Positions 1 through 15,500 of a stretch of DNA of 64,000 nucleotides are shown piece after piece. The translations under genes were made by a program, and so were the position numbers. Below the pieces are notes generated by a model that had not been told where the DNA came from, did no database searches, and saw nothing but the letters and a program-made list of their open reading frames with translations. Source of the stretch: Antedon mediterranea. Taxonomy: Eukaryota; Animalia; Echinodermata. The number at the start of each line of letters is the position of its first letter. The stretch's first letter is position 1. The stretch covers positions 28,384,388-28,448,387 of the forward strand of contig NC_092670.1 in NCBI RefSeq assembly GCF_964355755.1, given 5' to 3'.

Positions 1-517
1 AGTTTGTCCAGATGTTTTAATGACCATTTAGTTTATAATAGAATCCCTAAAGAAAACACTTAGCTTAACTTTGTGACTTTTCCCATCGTTAAACCAGGAG
101 TGACTGACACTATTTAAGTACAGATTTGACAGTGTCATCCATCACAGAAATACCTTATTATACCGTTAATCACTCCCACTTAAACACCCCTGGATCAACT
201 TAGGACCAATCGTTACCCTCACAGATGATGTAATGCCATTATGCAAATGAACTGAGCCAATATACTCCCAAGTTTCAGAAGGGCCAAGACAAACCTTACA
301 GCCATTTCACGGAGCACACACCTCACAGCCACTTCTTCAGAAGCAGACCTACACACACTTCACACCTCACTGACAGCATCATTGATTGTCCGTTCCTTAT
401 CTATACTTATAGTTGTATATTGTACTGAAGTATTATACTGAATAAATAATATATGTGTTACGACAGTCAAGCGAGTCAGAGTCTTCATTAGTACCTCAAC
501 AGCAACATTATATTACA
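1..517 (+). mobile_element. LTR of element family B, truncated by the window edge; copy of the 3' LTR at 29035-29645
   Basis: Near-identical to 29129-29645 (offset 29128). Ends TTATATTACA and is followed by ATAT and the same satellite flank. Carries the 3'-LTR alleles (atgCcatt, tcCcaag, acagTcaag), not the 5'-LTR alleles. Confidence 0.93.
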
Positions 518-3500
518 ATATCACAAAATGGTCTAAAATGTCTCCAAATGCGATTTGAAGCTTTTCTAAGCACTTTGGTGTTTTTATGGTAACGAGTTAT
601 TTCGAAAATCACAAAATGGTCTAAAACGTCTCCAAATGCGATTTGAAGCTATTCTGTACACTTTGCTGTTTTGTGTGAATAATTTTTGTCAAAATGCTCA
701 AAATGGTCAAAAACGTTTTTAAATACTATATTAAGCTATTTTGTGCTCTTTGATGTTTTTGTGTGAAAAGTTTTATCGAAATGCTCAAAATGGTCTAAAA
801 CGGTTTCTAATGTGATTTTAAGCACTTTGATGTTTTTATGTTAACAACTTTTTTAGAAAATTACAAAATGGTGTAAAACGTCTCCAAATGCGATTTGAAG
901 CTATTCTAAGCAATTTGGTGTTTTTATGTTAACAAGTTTTTTCGAAAATCACAAAATGGTCTAAAACGTCTCCAAATGCGATTTGAAGCTATTCTAAGCA
1001 CTTTTGTGTTTTTATGTTAACAAGTTTTTTCGAAAATCACAAAATGGTATAAAACGTCTCCAAATGCGATTTGAAGCTATTCTGTACACTTTACTGTTTT
1101 TTGTGAATAATTTTTGTCGAAATGCTCAAAATGGTCAAAAACGTTTTTAAATACGATATTAAGCTATTTTGTGCTCTTTGATGTTTTTGTGTGAAAAGTT
1201 TTATCGAAATGCTCCAAATGTTCTAAAACGGTTTCTAATGTGATTTTAAGCACTTTGATGTTTTTATGTTAACGAATTTTTTCGAAAATCACAAAATGGT
1301 CTAAAATGTCTCCAAATGCGATTTCAAGCTATTCTTAGCACTTTGGTGTTTTTATGTTAACAAGTTTTTTCGAAAATCACAAAATGGTCTAAAACGTCTC
1401 CAAATGCGATTTTAAGCTATTCTAAGCAATTTGGTGTTTTTATGTTAACAAGTTTTTTCGAAAATCACAAAATGGTCTAAAACGTCTCCAAATGCGATTT
1501 GAAGCTTTTCTAAGCTTACTTTGGTGTTTTTATGTTTAGGAGTTTTTTCGAAAATCACAAAATGGTCTAAAACGTCTCCAAATTCGATTTGAAGCTATTC
1601 TAAGCACTTTGGTGTTTTTATGTTAACAACTTTTTTAGAAAATCACAAAATGGTCTAAAACGGTTTCTAATGTGATTTTAAGCACTTTGATGTTTTTATG
1701 TTAACAACTTTTTTAGAAAATCACAAAATGGTCTAAAACGTCTCCAAATGCGATTTGAAGCAATTCTAAGCACTTTGGTGTTTTTATGGTAACGAGTTTT
1801 TTTGAATATCACAAAATGGTCTAAAATGTCTCCAAATGCGATTTGAAGCTTTTCTAAGCACTTTGGTGTTTTTATGTTTACAAGTTTTTTTCGAAAATCA
1901 CAAAATGGTCTAAAACGGCTCCAAATGCGATTTGAAGCTATTCTAAGCACTTTGGTGTTTTTATGTTAACAAGTTTTTTCGAAAATCACAAAATGGTCTA
2001 AAACGTCTCCAAATGCGATTTGAAGCTATTCTGTACACTTTGCTGTTTTGTGTGAATAATTTTTTGTCGAAATGCTCAAAATGGTCAAAAACGTTTTTAA
2101 AAACGATATTAAGCTATTTTGTGCTCTTTGATGTTTTTGTGTGAAAAGTTTTATCGAAATGCTCAAAATGGTCTAAAACGGTTTCTAATGTGATTTTAAG
2201 CACTTTGATGTTTTTATGTTAACGAGTTTTTTCGAAAATCACAAAATGGTCTAAAATGTCTCCAAATGCGATTTCAAGCTATTCTTAGCACTTTGGTGTT
2301 TTTATGTTTACAAGTTTTTTCGAAAATCACAAAATGGTCTAAAACGTCGCCAAATGCGATTTGAAGCACTTTGGTGTTTTTATGGTAATTTATTTCGAAA
2401 ATCACAAAATTGTCTAAAACATCTCCAAATGCGATTTTAAACTATTCTAAGCACTTTGGTGTTTTTATGTTAACAAGTTTTTTCGAAAATCACAAAATGG
2501 TCTAAAATGTCTCCAAATGTGATTTGAAGCTTTTCTAAGCACTTTGGTGTTTTTATGTTTACAAGTTTTTTCGAAAATCACAAAATGGTCTAAAACGTCT
2601 CCAAATGCGATTTGAAGCTATTCTAAGCACTTTTGTGTTTTTATGTTAACAAGTTTTTTCGAAAATCACAAAATGGTCGAAAATGTCACAAAATGCGATT
2701 TGAAGCTATTCTGTACACTTTGCTGTTTTGTGTGAATAATTTTTTTCGAAAATCACAAAATGGTCGAAAATGTCACAAAATGCGATTTTAAGCTATTCTA
2801 AGCACTTTGGTGTTTTTATGTTAACAAGTTTTTTCGAAAATCACAAAATGGTCTAAAACGTCTCCAAATGCGATTTGAAGCTATTCTGTACACTTTGCTG
2901 TTTTGTGAGAATAATTTTTGTCGAAATGCTCAAAATGGTCAAAAACGTTTTTAAATACGATATTAAGCTATTTTGTGCTCTTTGATGTTTTTGTGTGAAA
3001 AGTTTTATCGAAATGCTCAAAATGGTCTAAAACGGTTTCTAATGTGATTTTAAGCACTTTGATGTTTTTATGTTAACAACTTTTTTAGAAAATTACAAAA
3101 TGGTGTAAAACGTCTCCAAATGCGATTTGAAGCAATTCTAAGCACTTTGGTGTTTGGCGTTTTTAACGAGTTTTTTTGAATATCACAAAATGGTCTAAAA
3201 TGTCTCCAAATGCGATTTGAAGCTTTTCTAAGCACTTTGGTGTTTTTATGTTTACAAGTTTTTTCGAAAATCACAAAATGGTCTAAAACGGCTCCAAATG
3301 CGATTTGAAGCTATTTTAAGCACTTTGCTGTTTTGTGTGAATAATTTTTGTCAAAATGCTCAAAATGGTCAAAAACGTTTTTAAATACTATATTAAGCTA
3401 TTTTGTGCTCTTTGATGTTTTTGTGTGAAAAGTTTTATCGAAATGCTCAAAATGGTCTAAAACGGTTTCTAATGTGATTTTAAGCACTTTGATGTTTTTA

Positions 3501-6500
3501 TGTTAAGAACTTTTTTAGAAAATTACAAAATGGTGTAAAACGTCTCCAAATGCGATTTGAAGCTATTCTAAGCAATTTGGTGTTTTTATGTTAACAAGTT
3601 TTTTCGAAAATCACAAAATGGTCTAAAACGTCTCCAAATGCGATCTGAAGCTATTCTAAGCACTTTTGTGTTTTTATGTTAACAAGTTTTTTCGAAAATC
3701 ACAAAATGGTCTAAAATGTCTCCAAATGCGATTTGAAGCTTTTCTAAGCACTTTGGTGTTTTTATGTTTACAAGTTTTTTTCGAAAATCACAAAATGGTC
3801 TAAAACGTCTCCAAATGCGATTTGAAGCTATTCTGTACACTTTGCTGTTTTGTGTGAATAATTTTTGTCAAAATGCTCAAAATGGTCAAAAACATTTTTA
3901 AAAACTATATTAAGCTATTTTGTGTTCTTTGATGTTTTTGTGTGAAAAGTTTTTTCGAAATGCTCAAAATGGTCTAAAACGGTTTCTAATGTGATTTTAA
4001 GCACTTTGATGTTTTTATGTTAACAACTTTTTTAGAAAATTACAAAATGGTCTAAAACGTCTCCAAATGCGATTTGAAGCTATTCTAAGCACTTTGGTGT
4101 TTTTATGGTAATTTATTTCGAAAATCACAAAATGGTCTAAAACATCTCCAAATGCGATTTTAAGCTATTCTAAGCACTTTGGTGTTTTTATGTTAACAAG
4201 TTTTTTCGAAAATCACAAAAATAGTCTAAAACGTCTCCAAATGCGATTTGAAGCTATTCTAAGCACTTTGGTGTTTTTATGTTAACAAGTTTTTTCGAAA
4301 ATCACAAAATGGTGTAAAACGTCTCCAAATGCGATTTGAAGCTATTGTAAGCACTTTGGTGTTTTTATGTTAACAAGTTTTTTTGAAAATCACAAAATGG
4401 TGTAAAACGTCTCCAAATGCGATTTTAAGCTATTCTAAGCAATTTGGTGTTTTTATGTTAACAAGTTTTTTCGAAAATCACAAAATGGTCTAAAACGTCT
4501 CCAAATGCGATTTGAAGCTATTCTGTACACTTTACTGTTTTTTCTGAATAATTTTTGTCGAAATGCTCAAAATGGTCAAAAACGTTTTCAAATACGATAT
4601 TAAGCTATTTTGTGCTCTTTGATGTTTTTGTGTGAAAAGTTTTATCGAAATGCTTAAAATGTTCTAAAACGGTTTCTAATGTGATTTTAAGCACTTTGAT
4701 GTTTTTATGTTAACGAATTTTTTCGAAAATCACAAAATGGTCTAAAATGTCTCCAAATGCGATTTCAAGCTATTCTTAGCACTTTGGTGTTTTATGTTAA
4801 CAAGTTTTTTCGAAAATCACAAAATGGTCTAAAACGTCTCCAAATGCGATTTGAAGCTTTTCTAAGCTTACTTTGGTGTTTTTATGTTTAGGAGTTTTTT
4901 CGAAAATCACAAAATGGTCTAAAACGTCTCCAAATTCGATTTGAAGCTATTCTAAGCACTTTGGTGTTTTTATGTTAACAACTTTTTTAGAAAATCACAA
5001 AATGGTCTAAAACGGTTTCTAATGTGATTTTAAGCACTTTGATGTTTTTATGTTAACAACTTTTTTAGAAAATCACAAAATGGTCTAAAACGTCTCCAAA
5101 TGCGATTTGAAGCAATTCTAAGCACTTTGGTGTTTTTATGGTAACGAGTTTTTTTGAATATCACAAAATGGTCTAAAATGTCTCCAAATGCGATTTGAAG
5201 CTTTTCTAAGCACTTTGGTGTTTTTATGTTTACAAGTTTTTTTCGAAAATCACAAAATGGTCTAAAACGGCTCCAAATGCGATTTGAAGCTATTCTAAGC
5301 ACTTTGGTGTTTTTATGTTAACAAGTTTTTTCGAAAATCACAAAATGGTCTAAAATGTCTCCAAATGCGATTTGAAGCTTTTCTAAGCACTTTGGTGTTT
5401 TTATGTTTACAAGTTTTTTCGAAAATCACAAAATGGTCTAAAACGGCTCCAAATGCGATTTGAAGCTATTTTAAGCACTTTGGTGTTTTTGTGTAACCAA
5501 GTTTTTTCGAAAATCACAAAAGGGTCTAAAATGTCTCAAAATGCGATTTGAAGCTATTCTGTACACTTTGATGTTTTTATGTTAACAAGTTTTTCGAAAG
5601 TCACAAAATGGTCTAAAACGTCTCCAAATGCGATTTGAAGCTATTCTAAGCACTTTGGTGTTTTTATGTTAACAAGTTTTTTCGAAAATCACAAAATGCT
5701 CTAAAACGTCTCCAAATGCGATTTGAAGCTATTCTGTACACTTTACTGTTTTTTGTGAATAATTTTTGTCGAAATGCTCAAAATGGTCAAAAACGTTTTT
5801 AAATACGATATTAAGCTATTTTGTGCTCTTTGATGTTTTTGTGTGAAAAGTTTTATCGAAATGCTCCAAATGTTCTAAAACGGTTTCTAATGTGATTTTA
5901 AGCACTTTGATGTTTTTATGTTAACGAATTTTTTCGAAAATCACAAAATGGTCTAAAATGTCTCCAAATGCGATTTCAAGCTATTCTTAGCACTTTGGTG
6001 TTTTTATGTTAACAAGTTTTTTCGAAAATCACAAAATGGTCTAAAACGTCTCCAAATGCGATTTTAAGCTATTCTAAGCAATTTGGTGTTTTTATGTTAA
6101 CAAGTTTTTTCGAAAATCACAAAATGGTCTAAAACGTCTCCAAATGCGATTTGAAGCTTTTCTAAGCTTACTTTGGTGTTTTTATGTTTAGGAGTTTTTT
6201 CGAAAATCACAAAATGGTCTAAAACGTCTCCAAATTCGATTTAAAGCTATTCTAAGCACTTTGGTGTTTTTATGTTAACAACTTTTTTAGAAAATCACAA
6301 AATGGTCTAAAACGGTTTCTAATGTGATTTTAAGCACTTTGATGTTTTTATGTTAACAACTTTTTTAGAAAATCACAAAATGGTCTAAAACGTCTCCAAA
6401 TGCGATTTGAAGCAATTCTAAGCACTTTGGTGTTTTTATGGTAACGAGTTTTTTTGAATATCACAAAATGGTCTAAAATGTCTCCAAATGCGATTTAAAG

Positions 6501-9500
6501 CTTTTCTAAGCACTTTGGTGTTTTTATGTTTACAAGTTTTTTTCGAAAATCACAAAATGGTCTAAAACGGCTCCAAATGCGATTTGAAGCTATTCTAAGC
6601 ACTTTGGTGTTTTTATGTTAACAAGTTTTTTCGAAAATCACAAAATGGTCTAAAACGTCTCCAAATGCGATTTGAAGCTATTCTGTACACTTTGCTGTTT
6701 TGTGTGAATAATTTTTTGTCGAAATGCTCAAAATGGTCAAAAACGTTTTTAAAAACGATATTAAGCTATTTTGTGCTCTTTGATGTTTTTGTGTGAAAAG
6801 TTTTATCGAAATGCTCAAAATGATCTAAAACGGTTTCTAATGTGATTTTAAGCACTTTGATGTTTTTATGTTAACGAGTTTTTTCGAAAATCACAAAATG
6901 GTCTAAAATGTCTCCAAATGCGATTTCAAGCTATTCTTAGCACTTTGGTGTTTTTATGTTTACAAGTTTTTTCGAAAATCACAAAATGGTCTAAAACGTC
7001 GCCAAATGCGATTTGAAGCACTTTGGTGTTTTTATGGTAATTTATTTCGAAAATCACAAAATTGTCTAAAACATCTCCAAATGCGATTTTAAACTATTCT
7101 AAGCACTTTGGTGTTTTTATGTTAACAAGTTTTTTCGAAAATCACAAAATGGTCTAAAATGTCTCCAAATGTGATTTGAAGCTTTTCTAAGCACTTTGGT
7201 GTTTTTATGTTTACAAGTTTTTTCGAAAATCACAAAATGGTCTAAAACGTCTCCAAATGCGATTTGAAGCTATTCTAAGCACTTTTGTGTTTTTATGTTA
7301 ACAAGTTTTTTCGAAAATCACAAAATGGTCGAAAATGTCACAAAATGCGATTTGAAGCTATTCTGTACACTTTGCTGTTTTGTGTGAATAATTTTTTTCG
7401 AAAATCACAAAATGGTCGAAAATGTCACAAAATGCGATTTTAAGCTATTCTAAGCACTTTGGTGTTTTTATGTTAACAAGTTTTTTCGAAAATCACAAAA
7501 TGGTCTAAAACGTCTCCAAATGCGATTTGAAGCTATTCTGTACACTTTGCTGTTTTGTGAGAATAATTTTTGTCGAAATGCTCAAAATGGTCAAAAACGT
7601 TTTTAAATACGATATTAAGCTATTTTGTGCTCTTTGATGTTTTTGTGTGAAAAGTTTTATCGAAATGCTCAAAATGGTCTAAAACGGTTTCTAATGTGAT
7701 TTTAAGCACTTTGATGTTTTTATGTTAACAACTTTTTTAGAAAATTACAAAATGGTGTAAAACGTCTCCAAATGCGATTTGAAGCTATTCTAAGCAATTT
7801 GGTGTTTTTATGTTAACAAGTTTTTTCGAAAATCACAAAATGGTCTAAAACGTCTCCAAATGCGATTTGAAGCTATTCTAAGCACTTTTGTGTTTTTATG
7901 TTAACAAGTTTTTTCGAAAATCACAAAATGGTCTAAAATGTCTCCAAATGCGATTTTAAGGTATTCTAAGCACTTTGGTGTTTTTATGTTAACAAGTTTT
8001 TTCGAAAATCACAAAATGGTCTAAAACGTCTACAAATGCGATTTGAAGCTATTCTAAGCACTTTGGTGTTTTTATGTTAACAAGTTTTTTCGAAAATCAC
8101 AAAATGGTATAAAACGTCTCCAAATGCGATTTGAAGATTTTCTAAGCACTTTGGTGTTTTTATGTTTACAAGTTTTTTCGAAAATCACAAAATGGTCTAA
8201 AACGTCTCCAAATGCGATTTGAAGCTATTCTGTACACTTTGCTGTTTTGTGTGAATAATTTTGTCAAAATGCTCAAAATGGTCAAAAACGTTTTTAAATA
8301 CTATATTAAGCTATTTTGTGTTCTTTGATGTTTTTGTGTGAAAAGTTTTATCGAAATGCTCAAAATGGTCTAAAACGGTTTCTAATGAAATGATTTTAAG
8401 AACTTTGATGTTTTTATGTTAACAACTTTTTTAGAAAATCACAAAATGGTCTAAAACGTCTCCAAATGCGATTTGAAGCAATTCTAAGCACTTTGGTGTT
8501 TTTATGTTAACAAGTTTTTTCGAAAATCACAAAATGGTATAAAACCTCTCCAAATGCGATTTTAAGGTATTCTAAGCACTTTGGTGTTTTTATGTTAACA
8601 AGTTTTTTCGAAAATCACAAAATGGTCTAAAACGTCTACAAATGCGATTTGAAGCTATTCTAAGCACTTTGGTGTTTTTATGTTAACAAGTTTTTTCGAA
8701 AATCACAAAATGGTCTAAAACGTCTCCAAATGCGATTTGAAGCTATTCTGTACACTTTGCTGTTTTGTGTGAATAATTTTTGTCGAAATGCTCAAAATGG
8801 TCAAAAACGTTTTTAAAAACGATATTAAGCTATTTTGTGCTCTTTGATGTTTTTGTGTGAAAAGTTTTATCGAAATGCTCAAAATGGTCTAAAACGGTTT
8901 CTAATGTGATTTTAAGCACTTTGATGTTTTTATGTTAACGAGTTTTTTCGAAAATCACAAAATGGTCTAAAATGTCTCCAAATGCGATTTCAAGCTATTC
9001 TTAGCACTTTGGTGTTTTTATGTTAACAACTTTTTTAGAAAATTACAAAATGGTCTAAAACGTCTCCAAATGCGATTTGAAGCAATTCTAAGCACTTTGG
9101 TGTTTTTTATGTTAACAATTTTTTCGAAAATCACAAAATGGTCTAAAACGTCTCCAAAATGCGATTTGAAGCTATTCTAAGGACTTTGGTGTTTTTATGT
9201 TAACAAGTTTTTTCGAAAATCACAAAATGGTATAAAACGTCTCCAAATGCGATTTTAAGGTATTTTAAGCACTTTGATGTTTTTATGTTAACGAGTTTTT
9301 TCGAAAATCACAAAATGGTCTAAAACGTCTCCAAATGCGATTTGAAGCTATTCTAAGCACTTTGGTGTTTTTATGTTAACAAGTTTTTTCGAAAATCACA
9401 AAATGGTATAAAACGTTTCCAAATGCGATTTTAAGCTATTCTAAGCACTTTTGTGTTTTTATGTTAACAAGTTTTTTCGAAAATCACAAAATGGTCTAAA

Positions 9501-12500
9501 ATGTCTCAAAATGCGATTTGAAGCTATTCTGTACACTTTGATGTTTTTATGTTAACAAGTTTTTCGAAAGTCACAAAATGGTCTAAAACGTCTCCAAATG
9601 CGATTTGAAGCTATTTTAAGCACTTTGGTGTTTTTGTGGAACCAAGTTTTTTCGAAAATCACAAAAGGGTCTATAATGTCTCAAAAAGCGATTTGAAGCT
9701 ATTCTGTACACTTTGATGTTTTTATGTTAACAAGTTTTTTCGAAAATCACAAAATGGTCTAAAACGTCTCCAAATGCGATTTGAAGCTATTCTGTACACT
9801 TTGCTGTTTAGTGTGAATAATTTTTGTCAAAATGCTCAAAATGGTCAAAAACGTTTTTAAATACTATATTAAGCTATTTTGTGCTCTTTGATGTTTTTAT
9901 GTTAACAAGTTTTTTCGAAAATCACAAAATGGTCTAAAACGTCTCCAAATGCGATTTGAAGCTATTCTAAGCACTTTGGTGTTTTTATGTTAACAAGTTT
10001 TTTCGAAAATCACAAAATGGTCTAAAACGTCTTCAAATGCGATTTGAAGCTATTCTGTACACTTTGATGTTTTGTGTGAAAAGGTTTTATCGAAATGCTC
10101 AAAATGGTCTAAAACGGTTTCTAATGTGATTTTAAGCACTTTGATGTTTTTATGTTAACAACTTTTTTAGAAAATCACAAAATGGTCTAAAACGTCTCCA
10201 AATGCGATTTGAAGCAATTATAAGCACTTTGGTGTTTTTATGGTAACGAGTTATTTCGAAAATCACAAAATGGTCTAAAACGTCTCCAAATGCGATTTTA
10301 AGAAATTCTAAGCACTTTGGTGTTTTTATGTTAACAAGTTTTTTCGAAAATCACAAAATGGTCTAAAACGTCTCCAAATGCGATTTGAAGCTATTTTAAG
10401 CACTTTGGTGTTTTTGTGTAACCAAGTTTTTTCGAAAATCACAAAATGGTCTAAAACGTCTCCAAATTCGATTTGAAGCTATTCTGTACACTTTGCTGTT
10501 TTGTGTGAATAATTTTTGTCGAAATGCTCAAAATTGTCAAAAACGTTTTAAATACGATATTAAGCTATTTTGTGCTCTTTGATGTTTTTGTGTGAAAAGT
10601 TTTATCGAAATGCTCAAAATGGTCTAAAACGGTTTCTAATGTGATTTTAAGCACTTTGGTGTTTTTATGTTAACAAGTTTTTTCGAAAATCACAAAATGG
10701 TCTAAAACGTCTCCAAATGTGATTTGAAGCTATTCTAAACACTTTGGTGTTTTTATGTTAACAAGTTTTTTCGAAAATCACAAATTGGTCTAAAACGTCT
10801 CCAAATACGATTTGAAGCTATTTTAAGCACTTTGGTGTTTTTGTGTAACCAAATTTTTTCGAAAATCACAAAAGGGTCTAAAATGTCTCAAAATGCGATT
10901 TGAAGCTATTCTGTACACTTTGATGTTTTTATGTTAACAAGTTTTTTCGAAAGTCACAAAATTGTCTAAAACGTCTCCAAAATGCGATTTGAAGCTATTC
11001 TAAGCACTTTGGTGTTTTTATGTTAACAAGTTTTTTCGAAAATCACAAAATGGTATAAAACGTCTCCAAATGCGATTTTAAGGTATTTTAAGCACTTTGA
11101 TGTTTTTATGTTAACGAGTTTTTTCGAAAATCACAAAATGGTCTAAAACGTCTCCAAATGCGATTTGAAGCAATTATAAGCACTTTGGTGTTTTTATGGT
11201 AACGAGTTATTTCGAAAATCACAAAATGGTCTAAAATGTCTCCAAATGCGATTTCAAGCTATTCTTAGCACTTTGGTGTTTTTATGTTAACAAGTTTTTT
11301 CGAAAATCACAAAAGGGTCTAAAACGTCTCCAAATGCGATTTGAAGCTATTCTAAGCAATTTGGTGTTTTTGTGTAACCAAGTTTTTTCGAAAATCACAA
11401 AAGGGTCTAAAATGTCTCAAAATGCGATTTGAAGCTATTCTGTACACTTTGATGTTTTTATGTTAACAAGTTTTTTCGAAAGTCACAAAATGGTCTAAAA
11501 CGTCTCCAAATGCGATTTGAAGCTATTCTAAGCACTTTGGTGTTTTTATGTTAAGAAGTTTTTTCGAAAATCACAAAATGGTGTAAAACGTCTCCAAATG
11601 CGATTTGAAGCTATTCTAAGCACTTTGGTGTTTTTATGTTAACAAGTTTTTTCGAAAATCACAAAATGGTCTAAAACGTCTCCAAATGGGATTTGAAGCT
11701 ATTTTAAGCACTTTGGTGTTTTTGTGGAACCAAATTTTTTCGAAATTCACAAAAGGGTCTATAATGTCTCAAAAAGCGATTTGAAGCTATTCTGTACACT
11801 TTGATGTTTTTATGTTAACAAGTTTTTTCGAAAATCACAAAATGCTCTAAAACGTCTCCAAATGCGATTTGAAGCTATTCTAAGCACTTTGGTGTTTTTA
11901 TGTTAACAAGTTTTTTCGAAAATCACAAAATGGTATAAAACGTCTCCAAATGCGATTTTAAGGTATTCTAAGCACTTTGGTGTTTTTATGTTAACAAGTT
12001 TTTTCGAAAATCACAAAATGGTCTAAAACGTCTCCAAATGCGATTTGAAGCTATTCTGTACACTTTGCTGTTTTGTGTGAATAATTTTTGTTAAAATGCT
12101 CAAAATGGTCAAAAACGTTTTTAAATACTATATTAAGCTATTTTGTGTTCTTTGATGTTTTTGTGTGAAAAGTTTTATCGAAATGCTCAAAATGGTCTAA
12201 AACGGTTTCTAATGTGATTTTAAGCACTTTGGTGTTTTTATGTTAACAAGTTTTTTTCAAAAATCACAAAATGGTCTAAAACGTCTACAAATGTGATTTG
12301 AAGCTATTCTAAACACTTTGGTGTTTTTATGTTAACAAGTTTTTTCGAAAATCACAAATTGGTCTAAAACGTCTCCAAATGCGATTTGAAGCTATTTTAA
12401 GCACTTTGGTGTTTTTGTGTAACCAAGTTTTTTTCGAAAATCACAAAAGGGTCTAAAATGTCTCAAAATGCGATTTGAAGCTATTCTGTACACTTTGATG

Positions 12501-15500
12501 TTTTTATGTTAACACGTTTTTTCGAAAATCACAAAATGGTCTAAAACGTCTCCAAATGCGATTTGAAGCTATTCTAAGCACTTTGGTGTTTTTATGGTAA
12601 TTTATTTCGAAAATCACAAAATGGTCTAAAATGTCTCCAAATGCGATTTGAAGCTTTTCTAAGCACTTTGGTGTTTTTATGTTTACAAGTTTTTTCGAAA
12701 ATCACAAAATGGTCTAAAACGGCTCCAAATGCGATTTGAAGCTATTCTAAGCACTTTGGTGTTTTTATGGTAATTTATTTCGAAAATCACAAAATGGTCT
12801 AAAATGTCTCCAAATGCGATTTGAAGCTTTTCTAAGCACTTTGGTGTTTTTATGTTTACAAGTTTTTTCGAAAATCACAAAATGGTCTAAAACGGCTCCA
12901 AATACGATTTGAAGCTATTCTAAGCACTTTGGTGTTTTTATGTTAACAAGTTTTTTCGAAAATCACAAAATGGTCTAAAACGTCTCCAAATGTGATTTGA
13001 AGCTATTCTAAGCACTTTGGTGTTTTTATGTTAACAAGTTTTTTCGAAAATCACAAAATGGTGTAAAACGTCTTCAAATGCGATTTGAAGCTATTCTAAG
13101 CAATTTTGTGTTTTTATGTGAACAAGTTTTTTCGAAAATCACAAAATGGTCTAAAACGTCTCCAAATGCGATTTGAAGCTATTCTAAGCACTTTTGTGTT
13201 TTTATGTTAACAAGTTTTTTCGAAAATCACAAAATGGTCTAAAATGTCTCCAAATGCGATTTGAAGCTTTTCTAAGCACTTTGGTGTTTTTATGTTTACA
13301 AGTTTTTTCGAAAATCAAAAAATGTCTATAATGTCTCAAAATGCGATTTGAAGCTATTCTGTACACTTTGATGTTTTTATGTTAACAAGTTTTTCGAAAA
13401 TCACAAAATGGTCTAAAACGTCTCCAAATGCGATTTGAAGCTATTCTGTACACTTTGCTGTTTTGTGTGAATAATTTTTGTCAAAATGCTCAAAATGGTC
13501 AAAAATGTTTTTAAATACTATTTTGTGTTCTTTGATGTTTTTGTGTGAAAAGTTTTATCGAAATACTCAAAATGGTCTAAAACGGTTTCTAATGTGATTT
13601 TAAGAACTTTGATGTTTTTATGTTAACAACTTTTTTAGAAAATCACAAAATGGTCTAAAACGTCTCCAAATGCGATTTGAAGCAATTCTAAGCACTTTGG
13701 TGTTTTTATGTTAACAAGTTTTTTCGAAAATCACAAAATGGTCTAAAACGTCTCCAAATGCGATTTGAAGCTATTCTAAGCACTTTGGTGTTTTTATGTT
13801 AACAAGTTTTTTCGAAAATCACAAAATGGTCTAAAACGTCTCCAAATGCGATTTGAAGCTATTCTAAGCACTTTGGTGTTTTTATGTTAACAAGTTTTTT
13901 CGAAAATCACAAAATGGTATAAAACGTTTCCAAATGCGATTTTAAGCTATTCTAAGCAATTTGGTGTTTTTATGTTAACAAGTTTTTTCGAAAATCACAA
14001 AATGGTCGAAAATGTCACAAAATGCGATTTGAAGCTATTCTAAGCACTTTGGTGTTTTTATGTTAACAAGTTTTTTTGAAAATCACAAAATGGTCTAAAA
14101 TGTCTCAAAATGCGATTTGAAGCTATTCTGTACACTTTGCTGTTTTGTGTGAATAATTTTTTTCGAAAATCACAAAATGGTGTTAAACGTCTCCAAATGT
14201 GATTTGAAGCTATTCTAAGCACTTTGGTGTTTTTATGTTAACAAGTTTTTTCGAAAATCACAAAATGGTGTAAAACGTTTCCAAATGCGATTTTAAGCTA
14301 TTCCAAGCAATTTGGTGTTTTTATGTTAACAAGTTTTTTCGAAAATCACAAAATGGTCTAAAACGTCTCCAAATGCGATTTGAAGCTATTCTAAGCACTT
14401 TTGTGTTTTTATGTTAACAAGTTTTTTTCGAAAATCACACAATGGTATAAAACGTCTCCAAATGCGATTTTAAGCTATTCTAAGCAATTTGGTGTTTTTA
14501 TGTTAACAAGTTTTTTCGAAAATCACAAAATGGTCGAAAATGTCACAAAATGCGATTTTAAGCTATTCTAAGCACTTTGGTGTTTTTATGTTAACAAGTT
14601 TTTTCGAAAATCACAAAATGGTCTAAAACGTCTCCAAATGCGATTTGAAGCTATTCTGTACACTTTGCTGTTTTGTGTGAATAATTTTTGTCGAAATGCT
14701 CAAAATGGTCAAAAACGTTTTTAAATACGATATTAAGCTATTTTGTGCTCTTTGATGTTTTTGTGTGAAAAGTTTTATCGAAATGCTCAAAATGGTCTAA
14801 AACGGTTTCTAATGTGATTTTAAGCACTTTGGTGTTTTTATGTTAACAAGTTTTTTCGAAAATCACAAAATGGTCTAAAACGTCTCCAAATGTGATTTGA
14901 AGCTATTCTAAGCACTTTGGTGTTTTTATGTTAACAAGTTTTTTCGAAAATCACAAAATGGTGTAAAACGTCTTCAAATGCGATTTGAAGCTATTCTAAG
15001 CAATTATGTGTTTTTATGTGAACAAGTTTTTTCGAAAATCACAAAATGGTCTAAAACGTCTCCAAATGCGATTTGAAGCTATTCTAAGCACTTTTGTGTT
15101 TTTATGTTAACAAGTTTTTTCGAAAATCACAAAATGGTCTAAAATGTCTCCAAATGCGATTTGAAGCTTTTCTAAGCACTTTGGTGTTTTTATGTTTACA
15201 AGTTTTTTCGAAAATCACAAAATGTCTATAATGTCTCAAAATGCGATTTGAAGCTATTCTGTACACTTTGATGTTTTTATGTTAACAAGTTTTTCGAAAA
15301 TCACAAAATGGTCTAAAACGTCTCCAAATGCGATTTGAAGCTATTCTGTACACTTTGCTGTTTTGTGTGAATAATTTTTGTCAAAATGCTCAAAATGGTC
15401 AAAAACGTTTTTAAATACTATTTTGTGTTCTTTGATGTTTTTGTGTGAAAAGTTTTATCGAAATACTCAAAATGGTCTAAAACGGTTTCTAATGTGATTT

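Noticed and set aside
1696-5302. ORFs in the satellite (1696-1950, 3068-3274, 5048-5302; also 26150, 38841, 39231, 47456, 49275)
   Set aside because: Chance translations of the 88-bp monomer (RIASNRIWRRFRPFCDF repeats) with no coding evidence.
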